Source of the DNA: an uncultured delta proteobacterium
Lineage (GTDB): Bacteria > Desulfobacterota > Binatia > UBA9968
Length of the DNA: 64,000 bases
Direction: 5' to 3'
NCBI GenBank assembly: GCA_963755715.1
Contig: CAVWLW010000074.1
Location: 64,001-128,000 of the forward strand
Shown here: piece by piece, positions 42,749 to 52,533 of the stretch
Layout of the letters: every line of letters starts with the position of its first letter
Position numbering within the stretch: position 1 is the first letter of the stretch
Position numbers and translations under genes: made by a program
The notes under the pieces: generated by a model
Database searches by the model: none
What the model saw: the letters and a program-made list of their open reading frames with translations, nothing else
What the model was told of the DNA's origin: nothing

Positions 42749-42809
42749 TTCGCCGCTCCATCTCAAAATATTTCCGCCGCGAACACGCGGAGAAAGCCAG
42801 GACTAACCG

Positions 42810-42992
42810 ATGCCGGTACCGAAGCGAAGAACTTCAAAACGGGTCAAGAATCAACGTCGCGCGCACGATGGCTTGACCAAACCGCAATGGAGCACGTGCT
42901 CCAACTGCGGCGAAACGATTTTACCTCACCGCGCCTGTGCTCACTGCGGCTTTTATCGTGGCCGCGCCGTGCTCCAAGTCGAGCAAAGTTAA
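42810..42992 (+). CDS. rpmF: 50S ribosomal protein L32
   Basis: MPVPKRRTS, CSNCG...HRACAHCGFY. Confidence 0.97.
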   Translation: MPVPKRRTSKRVKNQRRAHDGLTKPQWSTCSNCGETILPHRACAHCGFYRGRAVLQVEQS

Positions 42993-43007
42993 GCAGTCCC
43001 ACGACAT

Positions 43008-44123
43008 ATGCCGAAAATCGCCGTCGACGCGATGGGTGGTGATCGAGCTCCGCAAGTGGTTGTCGAAGGGGCGGTGCTCGCGGCCCAAAATCACAGTGTC
43101 GAAATAGTTCTGGTGGGCGACAAAGAGGCGATCGAGCGCGAGCTGGCCAAGCAGAAGGACGCGCCGAGATTTTCCATCGCCGCCGCTTCGCAAATCGTGC
43201 CGATGCGCGAGTCGCCGAGCGCCGCGCTGCGTATAAAAGATTCTTCGATGAAGGTCGGCTTCGAATTGATGAAGCGCGGCGAGGTCGATGCCGTGGTGAG
43301 CGCCGGCAACTCGGGTGCGATGATGGCTCTCGGGATGCTCGTGATGGGGACTTTGCCGCAGGTCGCCCGACCGGCCATTCTGGTGGTCGTGCCGACCTCG
43401 GATAAGGGCACGGTGATCATCGATGCCGGGGCGAACGTCGACTGCAAGCCGCACCACTTAGTTCAATTCGGTCTCATGGGATCGATTTACGCCGAGCGGA
43501 TTTTGGCCGTAGCGGAGCCGCGCGTCGGGGTTTTGAGCAATGGTGAAGAGGAAGGCAAGGGCAATGACCTGACGCGGGCGGCGAGCGCGCAACTCGCAGC
43601 CACGTTCGTCAACTTCATCGGCTATGTCGAAGGCCGGGACATCTTTAACAATAAAGTCGATGTCGTCGTCTGCGACGGCTTTACCGGTAACATCGCGCTC
43701 AAGACCATGGAGGGCGTCGCGAGCTTTGCCGGTGCGGTATTGAAAAGCGCCTTTCAAAAAAATCTTTCCAGCCGCGTGGGCTATTTGCTCAGCCGCAAGT
43801 CGCTGGCCGAAGCCTATCGGCGCTTAGACTATGCGGAATATGGCGGCGCGCCGCTGATTGGTTTGGACGGCGTGGCGATCATCGCTCACGGCGGCTCCAA
43901 TCCGCTGGCGATCAAGAATGCCATTCGGGCGGCGGGTGACGCCGTTGATCAACAGATCAATCGCCATATCGCCGACGCCTTGGGTGAGATGGACGGCGCA
44001 GCGGAAAAAAGAGAAGGCTTGCCGCGGAAACTGTGGCAGCGCTTTAAATCTAAAATCGAATCCTTAGGCGACAAGACGGAAGCCGAGAGCCATCCACCGG
44101 AACGGAGGCGGGGTGGCGATTAG
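43008..44123 (+). CDS. plsX: Phosphate acyltransferase PlsX
   Basis: IAVDAMGGD, SAGNSGA, DAGAN, VCDGFTGN, YGGAPLIG. Confidence 0.96.
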   Translation: MPKIAVDAMGGDRAPQVVVEGAVLAAQNHSVEIVLVGDKEAIERELAKQKDAPRFSIAAASQIVPMRESPSAALRIKDSSMKVGFELMKRGEVDAVVSAGNSGAMMALGMLVMGTLPQVARPAILVVVPTSDKGTVIIDAGANVDCKPHHLVQFGLMGSIYAERILAVAEPRVGVLSNGEEEGKGNDLTRAASAQLAATFVNFIGYVEGRDIFNNKVDVVVCDGFTGNIALKTMEGVASFAGAVLKSAFQKNLSSRVGYLLSRKSLAEAYRRLDYAEYGGAPLIGLDGVAIIAHGGSNPLAIKNAIRAAGDAVDQQINRHIADALGEMDGAAEKREGLPRKLWQRFKSKIESLGDKTEAESHPPERRRGGD

Positions 44124-45057
44124 TCATCTCGCCTTCGTTTTCCCAGGTCAAGGGTCTCAGTACGTCGGCATGGGGAAGGATCTCAGCGCCGAGTTTGCGC
44201 TCGCCCGCGAGACTTTCGCCGAGGCCGACGACGCGCTCGGATTTTCTCTCAGCGGACTTTGTTTCGATGGTCCCGAAGCCGATCTCAAGTTGACCGAGAA
44301 TACCCAACCGGCGATTCTCGCCGCATCGATCGCCGCTTTGCGAGTGCTCGAAGCCGAGACGCCGTTACGCCCCGCTTTTGTTGCCGGTCATAGCTTGGGC
44401 GAATATAGCGCGCTCGTTGCCGTCGGTGCGTTTAAGTTTAGTGATGCCGTCAAGGTTGTGCGCGAGCGCGGACGCTTGATGCAGCACGCTGTGCCAGCGG
44501 GCCAAGGCGCAATGGCGGTAGTGCTGGGCTTGGAGATGGATGCCGTGGGCGCGCTTTGCGTCGATGCGGCTTGCGGCGAAGTGGTGTCGCCGGCCAATTT
44601 CAACGGCGCTGGACAAGTGGTCATTGCCGGGGCGAGGAGCGCTGTTGAACGCGCGATGGCATTGGCGAAAGAGCGCGGCGCCAAAAGAGTATTGGATCTG
44701 CCCGTGAGCGCGCCGTTTCACTGCCAGCTCATGCAGCCAGCGGCGGAAGGTTTAGAACGGACACTCCACGACGTCGCGGTTCAGCCCTTCGATATCGGCG
44801 TCATCACCAACGCCGAAGCTGACGTCAATCGCAGCGCCGAGCGGGTCAAAGCTTTGCTGATCGAACAAGCGGTCCGGCCCGTGCGTTGGGAAGAGTCGGT
44901 TAAAAAACTGGTGGCCTTGAACTGCCATCGGGCCATTGAGATCGGTCCCGGCAAGATCCTGAAGGGGCTCATGAAGCGTATCGCGCCGACTATGGAACTG
45001 GAGAATTTCGAAACGCCGCAAGATCTATCGAAAGTTGTCTCGGCGTGGAGCCAATGA
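44113..45057 (+). CDS. fabD: Malonyl-CoA:ACP transacylase
   Basis: FPGQGSQ, AGHSLGEY, VSAPFHC. Confidence 0.96.
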   Translation: MAISHLAFVFPGQGSQYVGMGKDLSAEFALARETFAEADDALGFSLSGLCFDGPEADLKLTENTQPAILAASIAALRVLEAETPLRPAFVAGHSLGEYSALVAVGAFKFSDAVKVVRERGRLMQHAVPAGQGAMAVVLGLEMDAVGALCVDAACGEVVSPANFNGAGQVVIAGARSAVERAMALAKERGAKRVLDLPVSAPFHCQLMQPAAEGLERTLHDVAVQPFDIGVITNAEADVNRSAERVKALLIEQAVRPVRWEESVKKLVALNCHRAIEIGPGKILKGLMKRIAPTMELENFETPQDLSKVVSAWSQ

Positions 45058-45798
45058 GTTTCGAGGGTCAAATTGCCTTGGTCACCGGCGCCAGCCGCGG
45101 CATCGGCCGAGCAATTGGACTGGCCTTCTCCCGTGTCGGCGCGTACGTTATCGTTAACTACCGTGGCAATGAGGCGGCGGCGCAAGAGTCATTGGCCGCT
45201 ATCGAGGCCGCGGGAGGGCACGGCGAGCTTTGCCAGTTCGACGTCGCGGAGGAAAGCCAAATCGAAGACGGCCGCGAAGAAAATCGTTGACCGTCACAAG
45301 AAAATTGATATTCTCGTCAACAATGCCGGCATCGCTTCCGATAATCTTCTGATGCGCGTCAAACCGGCGGATTGGGACGCAGTCATCGGGACCAATCTCA
45401 AGGGCACGGTCCTCTGCACAAAAATCGTTTCTCGTTATATGATCCGCCAGCACTATGGCCGGATCGTGAATTTATCTTCCGTGGTCGGACAAACGGGCAA
45501 CGTTGGACAGTCGCTCTACGCGGCGTCCAAGGCGGGAATCATCGGCTTCACGAAATCCCTGGCCCGCGAAGTGGCTTCGAGAAACGTGACGGTGAATGCC
45601 GTGGCGCCGGGCTTTATTGAAAGCGACATGACGGCTAAATTGCCGGAGCAGCTGCGCCAGGACTTTCTCCACTCGATCCCTCTCGGTCGCTTTGGCACTT
45701 GCGAGGAAGTCGCCGAAATGATTGTATTTCTCGCTGGGGAGAAGGCTGGCTATATTACCGGGCAAGTGTTCAATATTAACGGTGGGCTGTACATGTAA
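45054..45798 (+). CDS. fabG: 3-oxoacyl-ACP reductase, split by a +1 frameshift near 45270
   Basis: TGASRGIG in the first ORF; NNAGI, YAASKAG, VAPGFI in the second; removing one G at 45270-45271 restores the frame. Confidence 0.93.
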
Positions 45799-45825
45799 CG
45801 AATCTGTAGCAGGAGGTATGTGAAG

Positions 45826-46062
45826 ATGGCGGCGTCTGTTCAGGCTAGGGTGAAAGAAATTGTCTGTGAGCAACTTGGGGTAAGCGCGGAAGAGGTGACC
45901 CCGGAAGCTTCCTTTATAGAAGACTTGGGTGCTGATTCTCTAGACATCGTCGAGCTGGTGATGGCGCTCGAAGAGGAATATGAGATGGAGATTTCCGACG
46001 AGGACGCGGAAAAAATAAAAACCGTCCAGGATGTCATCACCTACATCGAAGCTCATCGTTAG
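45826..46062 (+). CDS. acpP: Acyl carrier protein
   Basis: [19 protein letters not shown]; AGGAGGT RBS. Confidence 0.97.
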   Translation: MAASVQARVKEIVCEQLGVSAEEVTPEASFIEDLGADSLDIVELVMALEEEYEMEISDEDAEKIKTVQDVITYIEAHR

Positions 46063-46129
46063 GAACTCCGGATCGCGCAGAGCGCTTTCGGGCTGGTTGA
46101 TCACCCATCGGCCATCGGAGAAGCAACGC

Positions 46130-46177
46130 AAATCGCAGGGGAGTGGCGTCCAGGCCCACGTTCCTGCGATTTTCTTT
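46130..46177 (+). terminator. Long stem-loop/terminator after acpP
   Basis: AAATCGCAGG ... CCTGCGATTT followed by TCTTT. Confidence 0.5.
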
Positions 46178-46215
46178 ATCCCAAGATTGCGCTCGGCCAA
46201 TTCGCTGGAGAATTT

Positions 46216-46689
46216 ATGATCGCATTCGCCTGCGACCATGGCGGCGTGGAGCTTAAAGATTTTCTCGTCGATAGCTTGCGCACCGATGGCGTCGTTATCG
46301 GTGATTACGGCACCCACGGTAAGGATTCAGTCGATTACCCGGATTATGCGCGTGAAGTTTGCCGGCGCGTGGTCTCGGGAGAAGCAGCGCGCGGCGTGCT
46401 CGTCTGCACGAGCGGCATCGGTATGTCGATCATCGCCAATAAATTTCCCGGCGTGCGGGCCGCACTGGTGCAGGACCTAGACGGCGCGCGCTCGAGCCGC
46501 GAGCATAACGACGCCAACGTGCTGGTTCTGAGCGGCGCGAAGACCGACAAATCTTTGGCCCGACAAATCATCGACGCCTGGCTCGCCACGCCGTTCGCCG
46601 GTGGACGGCATCAGCGCCGGGTAGATAAGATCACTCAGACGGAAAAAGATCTCGGTATCCGGCTCATCGTCGAAGCGGAGAAGAAATAG
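46216..46689 (+). CDS. rpiB: Ribose 5-phosphate isomerase B
   Basis: DHGG, VDYPD, CTSGIG, REHNDAN, GGRHQRR. Confidence 0.95.
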   Translation: MIAFACDHGGVELKDFLVDSLRTDGVVIGDYGTHGKDSVDYPDYAREVCRRVVSGEAARGVLVCTSGIGMSIIANKFPGVRAALVQDLDGARSSREHNDANVLVLSGAKTDKSLARQIIDAWLATPFAGGRHQRRVDKITQTEKDLGIRLIVEAEKK

Positions 46690-46704
46690 AGCGAAGGAAG
46701 TCCT

Positions 46705-47973
46705 ATGTCATTTCTCGAACAAGCGGACCCAGCCGTGTTCTCGGCGATTCAGAAGGAAACGCAAAGGCTCGAAGGCAACCTGGAGCTGATCGCCTCGGAA
46801 AACGTCGTGAGCGAAGCGGTGTTGGAAGCGCAGGGCTGCGTGATGACCAACAAGTACGCGGAAGGCTATCCGGGCAAACGCTACTACGGCGGTTGCGAGT
46901 TCGTCGATGAAGTCGAGTCTTTGGCCATCGCGCGGGCAAAGGAGCTTTTTAGCGCCGATCATGCCAACGTGCAGCCCCATTCGGGCTCGCAGGCGAACAT
47001 GACGGTTTATTTGTCCGTGCTAAAACCGGGCGATACCTATCTAGGTATGAACCTGGCGCACGGCGGGCATCTGTCGATGGGTAGCCCGGTCAATTTTTCC
47101 GGGTTTATTTACAAAGTGATTCCTTACGGCGTGTCCGAGAAAACCGAAACGATCGATTACGACGAAGTCGAACGCTTGGCAAAAGAGCACCGTCCCAAAT
47201 TGGTTGTCGCTGGCGCTAGTGCCTATCCGCGCGTGATCGACTATCCGCGCTTTCGCAAAATTGCCGACGATATCGGCGCTTTGCTGATGGTGGACATGGC
47301 GCATATCGCTGGTTTGGTGGCGGCCGGGTTGCACCCGAGTCCGGTGCCGTACGCCGACTTTGTTACGACGACGACTCATAAGACCTTGCGTGGCCCGCGC
47401 GGTGGCATGGTGCTGTGCAAAGCCGAGCACGCCAAGACGGTCGATAGCAAAGTTTTTCCCGGCATGCAGGGCGGGCCGTTGATGCACGTGATTGCCGCCA
47501 AAGCGGTGGCGCTCAAGGAAGCCTTGAGCCCGGAATTTAAAATTTATCAGCAACAGATCGTCAAAAATGCTCAGACGCTCGCAAAGGGCTTGATGAGCCA
47601 TGGTTTCAGGCTGACTTCCGACGGCACCGACAATCATTTGATGCTCGTTGATCTGCGCAAATCCGAGTTGACCGGCAAGGTCGCTCAGGAGACGCTCGAT
47701 AAAGCGCGCATTACGGTGAATCGAAACGCCGTCCCGTTCGACACCCGTTCGCCGTTTGTCACCAGTGGGGTTCGCATCGGCACGCCGGCGGTGACGACGC
47801 GCGGCATGAAAGAGCCGGAAATGGCGATCATCGCGGATCTTATCGCGCGCGCTCTCGATCACGTGAGCGACGCCGCCGCGCTACGATCGATCGCCGACGC
47901 GGTCGGCGAGCTGTGCGGAAAATTTCCGGTTTATCCACACCGGCTGGGAAACGTGGAGCGCGATAGAAGATAG
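46705..47973 (+). CDS. glyA: Serine hydroxymethyltransferase
   Basis: [33 protein letters not shown]. Confidence 0.98.
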   Translation: MSFLEQADPAVFSAIQKETQRLEGNLELIASENVVSEAVLEAQGCVMTNKYAEGYPGKRYYGGCEFVDEVESLAIARAKELFSADHANVQPHSGSQANMTVYLSVLKPGDTYLGMNLAHGGHLSMGSPVNFSGFIYKVIPYGVSEKTETIDYDEVERLAKEHRPKLVVAGASAYPRVIDYPRFRKIADDIGALLMVDMAHIAGLVAAGLHPSPVPYADFVTTTTHKTLRGPRGGMVLCKAEHAKTVDSKVFPGMQGGPLMHVIAAKAVALKEALSPEFKIYQQQIVKNAQTLAKGLMSHGFRLTSDGTDNHLMLVDLRKSELTGKVAQETLDKARITVNRNAVPFDTRSPFVTSGVRIGTPAVTTRGMKEPEMAIIADLIARALDHVSDAAALRSIADAVGELCGKFPVYPHRLGNVERDRR

Positions 47974-48019
47974 AAGATCGCGGTTCGCGATCGGCCATTC
48001 ACGATCCTTAGTAAACGCT

Positions 48020-48523
48020 ATGAAATGTCCCTTTTGCCATGAGACGGAAAATCGCGTCATCGACTCGCGCTTGAGCAAAGACAGCAACATGATCCGGCGC
48101 CGGCGCGAGTGCGGGCGCTGCAGCCGGCGCTTTACCACCTACGAGCGAGTCGAGGAAATGATGCCTCTCGTCGTCAAAAAAGACGGACGGCGCGAGAGCT
48201 ACGATCGTTTGAAGATCATCAATGGCTTGAAACGGGCCTGCGAAAAACGTCCGGTCAGCATCAATACCATCGAAGCGATCGCTGACAGGATCGAACGAAC
48301 GATTCAAGAACGCGGCGAAAAAGAAGTCGCCAGCTCGGTCATCGGTGAAACTTTGATGCGCGAGTTGCACGACACCGATCCGGTGGCTTACGTGCGTTTT
48401 GCATCGGTGTATCGCTCTTTCAAAGACATCAGCGAGTTCATGGTCGAGCTCGAAGAGTTGCTGAAGGAACGCAAGGGCATGCCGCTTATCAAGGTCGCCG
48501 AGGCGCGCCAAAAGAGGGAATAG
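48020..48523 (+). CDS. nrdR: Transcriptional repressor NrdR
   Basis: [18 protein letters not shown] cone, AYVRFASVY. Confidence 0.97.
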   Translation: MKCPFCHETENRVIDSRLSKDSNMIRRRRECGRCSRRFTTYERVEEMMPLVVKKDGRRESYDRLKIINGLKRACEKRPVSINTIEAIADRIERTIQERGEKEVASSVIGETLMRELHDTDPVAYVRFASVYRSFKDISEFMVELEELLKERKGMPLIKVAEARQKRE

Positions 48524-48528
48524 CATCT

Positions 48529-49633
48529 TTGTCGGCGTCACGCTGGAGCGCACAAGATCTCAGATATATCCGAAGGGCGTGCCGCTTGGCTCGAAAGGCG
48601 GCGGGCAGAACCAGCCCCAATCCCATGGTCGGCGCGGTTCTCGTGCGCGCCGGCCGAGTCGTCGGCGCTGGGTTCCACCAATTCGCTGGCGGTGATCATG
48701 CTGAAATCATCGCACTCAAGCGCGCCGGCGCGAAAGCGCGTGGCGCCACGCTCTATATTACGCTGGAGCCATGCAGCCATCAGGGGCGCACGCCGCCGTG
48801 TACCCGTGCGTTGATCGGCGCCGGTATCAAAGAGGTCGTCTGCGGCACGAGGGATCCCAATCCGCTGGTTGCGGGACGAGGCTTTCGCAAGCTCAGAACG
48901 AGCGGGCATCCAGGTGCGGGTCGGCGTTTTGGAAAACGAATGTCGCGCCCTGATCGAAAGTTTTTCTAAATTCATCACGCGTCGCCTGCCGTTCGTCACG
49001 CTAAAGCTAGCTGCGACCCTGGACGGCAAAATCGCCGCGGCGAGCGGCGACGCGCGCTGGATCAGCGGCGAAGATTCGCGCCTGACGGTGCACCGCATGC
49101 GCAACGAGGTTGACGCGGTCGTCGTTGGCATCGGCACGGTTAAAGCCGACGATCCGCAACTGACATGCCGGATCCCGGGCGGCCGCAATCCGCGGCGCAT
49201 TGTCCTCGATAGCCGCCTCGGCATCGACTTTTCCGCGGCGATCCTGCATCAGGTTGATCCGGCAAAGACGATCATCGTCACTGGCACGGCGGTTTCAATA
49301 ACAAAATTGCGCTCGCTCGAAGCGCTCGGCGCGCAGGTTTGGTCAATGCCACTTCGGCATCGAGAGGTGGCGTGGTTGCCCTTGCTGCGGAAACTCGCGG
49401 CTTTGGGCATTGTCAGCGTGATGATTGAAGGCGGCGCGGCGGTCGCCGCCTCGGCTCTCAAAGCCAAGATCGTGGACAAGATCATTTTTTTCTATGCGCC
49501 GAAGTTTATCGGCGGCGATGGACGGGCAATGATTGCTCCGTTGAACATCAGGCGCGTGCGAAACTCCATCCCGTTAAAAAAAATTCGTGTCGAGAAATCC
49601 GGCGCTGATTTGATGATCACCGGCTATTTTTAA
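48529..49633 (+). CDS. ribD: Bifunctional riboflavin deaminase/reductase RibD, split by a +1 frameshift near 48897
   Basis: PNPMVG, HAE, LEPCSH..TPPC in the first ORF; KLAATLDGK, WISG, IEGG in the second. Confidence 0.93.
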
Positions 49634-49680
49634 AACGGCAGCCTTGGACGGCAATCAACAATTCATTGGAAAATCAGAGC

Positions 49681-50274
49681 ATGTTTACCGGACTCATCGA
49701 AGACGTAGGGACGATCGGCGATTTGCGGCTGCAACAGAAGTCGGCGGTGCTGACCGTCAAAACCAAGTTGCCGGTTCGCTCGATGGCGCGTGGCGCGAGC
49801 GTGGCGGTCAATGGCGCTTGCTTGACCGTCGTCAAAAAGGGCCTGAGGTCGTTTACCGTGGACGTCTCGCCGGAAACTTTGCAGCGCACCAGCCTGGAAA
49901 CTTTAACCGTCGGTAGCATGGTTAATCTGGAGCGGCCGATGCGTTTAGCCGATCGGCTCGGCGGACATTTAGTGACGGGGCATGTGGACGGTGTCGGCGC
50001 GGTCGCGGCGATCGAAAAGCAAGGCGAGTTTACCATTATTACTTTCGAGGTGCCGGCGCCGCTCGGCGCCTTGCTGGTGCCGAAGGGATCGGTCGCCGTC
50101 GATGGCATCAGTTTGACGGTCAATGTTTGCCGCAAACAGCGATTTTCCGTGGCGATTATTCCGTTTACCTTGCGGCACACTAATTTGCGCGCCCGCAGGG
50201 TTGGTGATAAGGTTAACATCGAAACCGATTTGATCGGCAAATATGTGCAAAGCTTCATGCGCCAAAGCGGCTAG
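49681..50274 (+). CDS. ribE: Riboflavin synthase (alpha chain)
   Basis: MFTGLIE, SVAVNGACLT, GGHLVTGHVD. Confidence 0.96.
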   Translation: MFTGLIEDVGTIGDLRLQQKSAVLTVKTKLPVRSMARGASVAVNGACLTVVKKGLRSFTVDVSPETLQRTSLETLTVGSMVNLERPMRLADRLGGHLVTGHVDGVGAVAAIEKQGEFTIITFEVPAPLGALLVPKGSVAVDGISLTVNVCRKQRFSVAIIPFTLRHTNLRARRVGDKVNIETDLIGKYVQSFMRQSG

Positions 50275-50312
50275 AACAACGCCGCGCAATTACACTCTGC
50301 ATTTTCGCTCTC

Positions 50313-51539
50313 ATGTCGCTCTCTAGCATCGAAGAAGGTCTCGAGGAGATCCGCAACGGCCGGATGGTGATCCTGGTAGACGAGGATGCGCCGGAGAGCG
50401 ACGGCTTTTTCTGTCTCGCGGCGGAAAAAGTTACGGCCCAAGCGGTCAATTATATGTTGCGTTACGGACGCGGCATTGTTTACGTGACGTTAGTGGACGA
50501 GCGCATTCGCGAACTCGGCATTCCTATGGTGCCGGAGGAGAACAGCCGACTGGCGGGATTGCTCTGCGGCGCGTCTTTTTCGATCAGTTTGGAAGGCGTG
50601 CACGGAGTTTCCGCACAGGGACGAGCGCACACGATTCAGGCGGCGATCGCTGACACGACCAAACATGAGGATCTCGTCATCCCCGGCCATGTGCAGCCGC
50701 TTCAGGCGCGCAGCGGCGGTGTTTTGGCACGCTCAGGCCGAACCGATGCATCGGTGGATTTGGCGCACTTGGCCGGCTTCAAGCCGGCGGGTGCGATTTG
50801 TCAGATCCTCGCCGACGACGGATCTGTGGCATTGCTGCCGGGGTTGAAGCGGCTCGCTGAAGAGCAGCATTTGAAAATCGTCTCGGTCGCGGATTTGATC
50901 GCCTATCGATTGCGCAACGAGAGCTTGGTCCGACGCGTCGCCGAAGAAGAGTTTCCCACCATTCACGGCGGCATGTATCGCGCCATTGTCTATCGCAACG
51001 AAGTCGACGGTCTGGAGCACATGGCGTTGGTCAAAGGCGATATCAGCCGCCCCGATCAGGTGCTGGTTCGGGTTCATTCCGAATGTCTGACCGGCGATGT
51101 GTTCGGCTCGGAGCGCTGCGACTGCGGCGATCAGATTCGTCAGTCGCTGCACTTGATCGACGAGCGCGGCCGAGGGGTGCTGATTTATATGCATCAGGAA
51201 GGGCGAGGCATCGGCTTGACCAACAAGATCAAAGCCTACGCATTGCAGGACCAGGGACGCGACACGGTCGAGGCCAACCTCGAATTGGGCTTTAAAGAAG
51301 ACTTGCGCGACTACGGCATCGCCGCGCAGATTTTGCGCGACTTGCGCGTGGAAAAAGTCGAGCTATTGACCAACAATCCGCGCAAGATCGCCGGGCTGGA
51401 AGTTTATGGCGTCAAAGTCGTCGAGCGCGTACCCTTGGAGGCGCCGCCGCGCGACAGCAATATTCATTATCTGCGAACGAAACAAATCAAGCTCGGCCAT
51501 TTGTTATCGAATCTCGAAGCCAAACCTGTGAAGCGATAG
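50313..51539 (+). CDS. ribBA: RibBA: GTP cyclohydrolase II with degenerate DHBP-synthase domain
   Basis: C-terminal RVHSECLTGD, RCDC, QEGRGIG, LTNNPRK intact; N-terminal RibB fold lacks RENEGD. Confidence 0.92.
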   Translation: MSLSSIEEGLEEIRNGRMVILVDEDAPESDGFFCLAAEKVTAQAVNYMLRYGRGIVYVTLVDERIRELGIPMVPEENSRLAGLLCGASFSISLEGVHGVSAQGRAHTIQAAIADTTKHEDLVIPGHVQPLQARSGGVLARSGRTDASVDLAHLAGFKPAGAICQILADDGSVALLPGLKRLAEEQHLKIVSVADLIAYRLRNESLVRRVAEEEFPTIHGGMYRAIVYRNEVDGLEHMALVKGDISRPDQVLVRVHSECLTGDVFGSERCDCGDQIRQSLHLIDERGRGVLIYMHQEGRGIGLTNKIKAYALQDQGRDTVEANLELGFKEDLRDYGIAAQILRDLRVEKVELLTNNPRKIAGLEVYGVKVVERVPLEAPPRDSNIHYLRTKQIKLGHLLSNLEAKPVKR

Positions 51540-51558
51540 AACACGCGCGGGCGCGGCC

Positions 51559-52026
51559 ATGAGCAAAATCATCGAAGGCAAGAAAGACGCGCAGGGCCTG
51601 AAAATCGGTATCGTCGTGAGCCGCTATAACCATTTTATTACGGAAAAATTACTCGATGGCGCCTTGGACGGATTTAAAAGCCACGGCGGGGACGATGACA
51701 AAGTAACGATCGTGCGGGTTCCCGGCGCTTTCGAGATTCCGCTGATCGCCGATAAGTTGGCGGCCAGCGGCCGATACGATGCGCTGGTCTGTTTGGGGGC
51801 GGTGATTCGCGGCGACACACCGCATTTCGATTATGTTTGCGACGCGGTCACACGCGGCATCGGCGCGGCAGTGCAGGCTCACAAGATTCCCATCGGCTTC
51901 GGTGTTCTGACGACCAACGACGTGCAGCAGGCGATGGAACGCGCCGGTGCGAAGGACGCCAACAAGGGTTATGAGGCGCTGTTGACAGTCGTCGAGATGA
52001 TCAGCGTGCTGCGCCAGTTAACGTAG
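51559..52026 (+). CDS. ribH: 6,7-dimethyl-8-ribityllumazine synthase
   Basis: VPGAFEIP, LGAVIRGDTPHFDYV. Confidence 0.97.
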   Translation: MSKIIEGKKDAQGLKIGIVVSRYNHFITEKLLDGALDGFKSHGGDDDKVTIVRVPGAFEIPLIADKLAASGRYDALVCLGAVIRGDTPHFDYVCDAVTRGIGAAVQAHKIPIGFGVLTTNDVQQAMERAGAKDANKGYEALLTVVEMISVLRQLT

Positions 52027-52065
52027 CATCGAACGGTTTTTACCATTCATACTTCAGAGTCACCA

Positions 52066-52524
52066 TTGTCGGCGGATCAAGACAGTTTTTTGCCCGGCCA
52101 TTCGGTCAAGGGCACACGGCGCAAGGGGCGTGAGCTGGCGCTCCAAGCGCTGTATCAGATCGAGATCACGAGCGATCCGTCGGTCGCGGCCGTGGATCTG
52201 TTCCTGCAACATTTCGAGGGCAATGCGGCGGCCAAAGAATTTGCCCGCCGCTTGGTTTCCGGGGTGGTGAGCCAGTCGGTTGAAATCGACCGGCTAATTG
52301 CTGAATGCACGGAAAATTGGAAGCTCGCGCGGTTGGCGAAAGTCGATCTGGTGGTGCTGCGCATGGCGACCTACGAATTGGTTTTTTGCCCCGACATCCC
52401 GTCGCGCGTCAGCTTGGATGAGGCCATCGAGATCGGCAAGCGCTTCGGCAGCGCCGAATCCGCCACTTTCATCAATGGAGTGTTGGATCACGTGGCGCAA
52501 TCCAGTGGTGTCAAATCGGACTGA
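52066..52524 (+). CDS. nusB: Transcription antitermination factor NusB
   Basis: RRKGRELALQALYQ, EAIEIGKRF, FINGVLD; start uncertain. Confidence 0.94.
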   Translation: MSADQDSFLPGHSVKGTRRKGRELALQALYQIEITSDPSVAAVDLFLQHFEGNAAAKEFARRLVSGVVSQSVEIDRLIAECTENWKLARLAKVDLVVLRMATYELVFCPDIPSRVSLDEAIEIGKRFGSAESATFINGVLDHVAQSSGVKSD

Positions 52525-52533
52525 TCCAAGCTC

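Noticed and set aside
46063-46215. Riboswitch (ZTP or glycine) upstream of rpiB-glyA
   Set aside because: Hairpins are present but no conserved aptamer motifs were recognised; a terminator is the simpler reading
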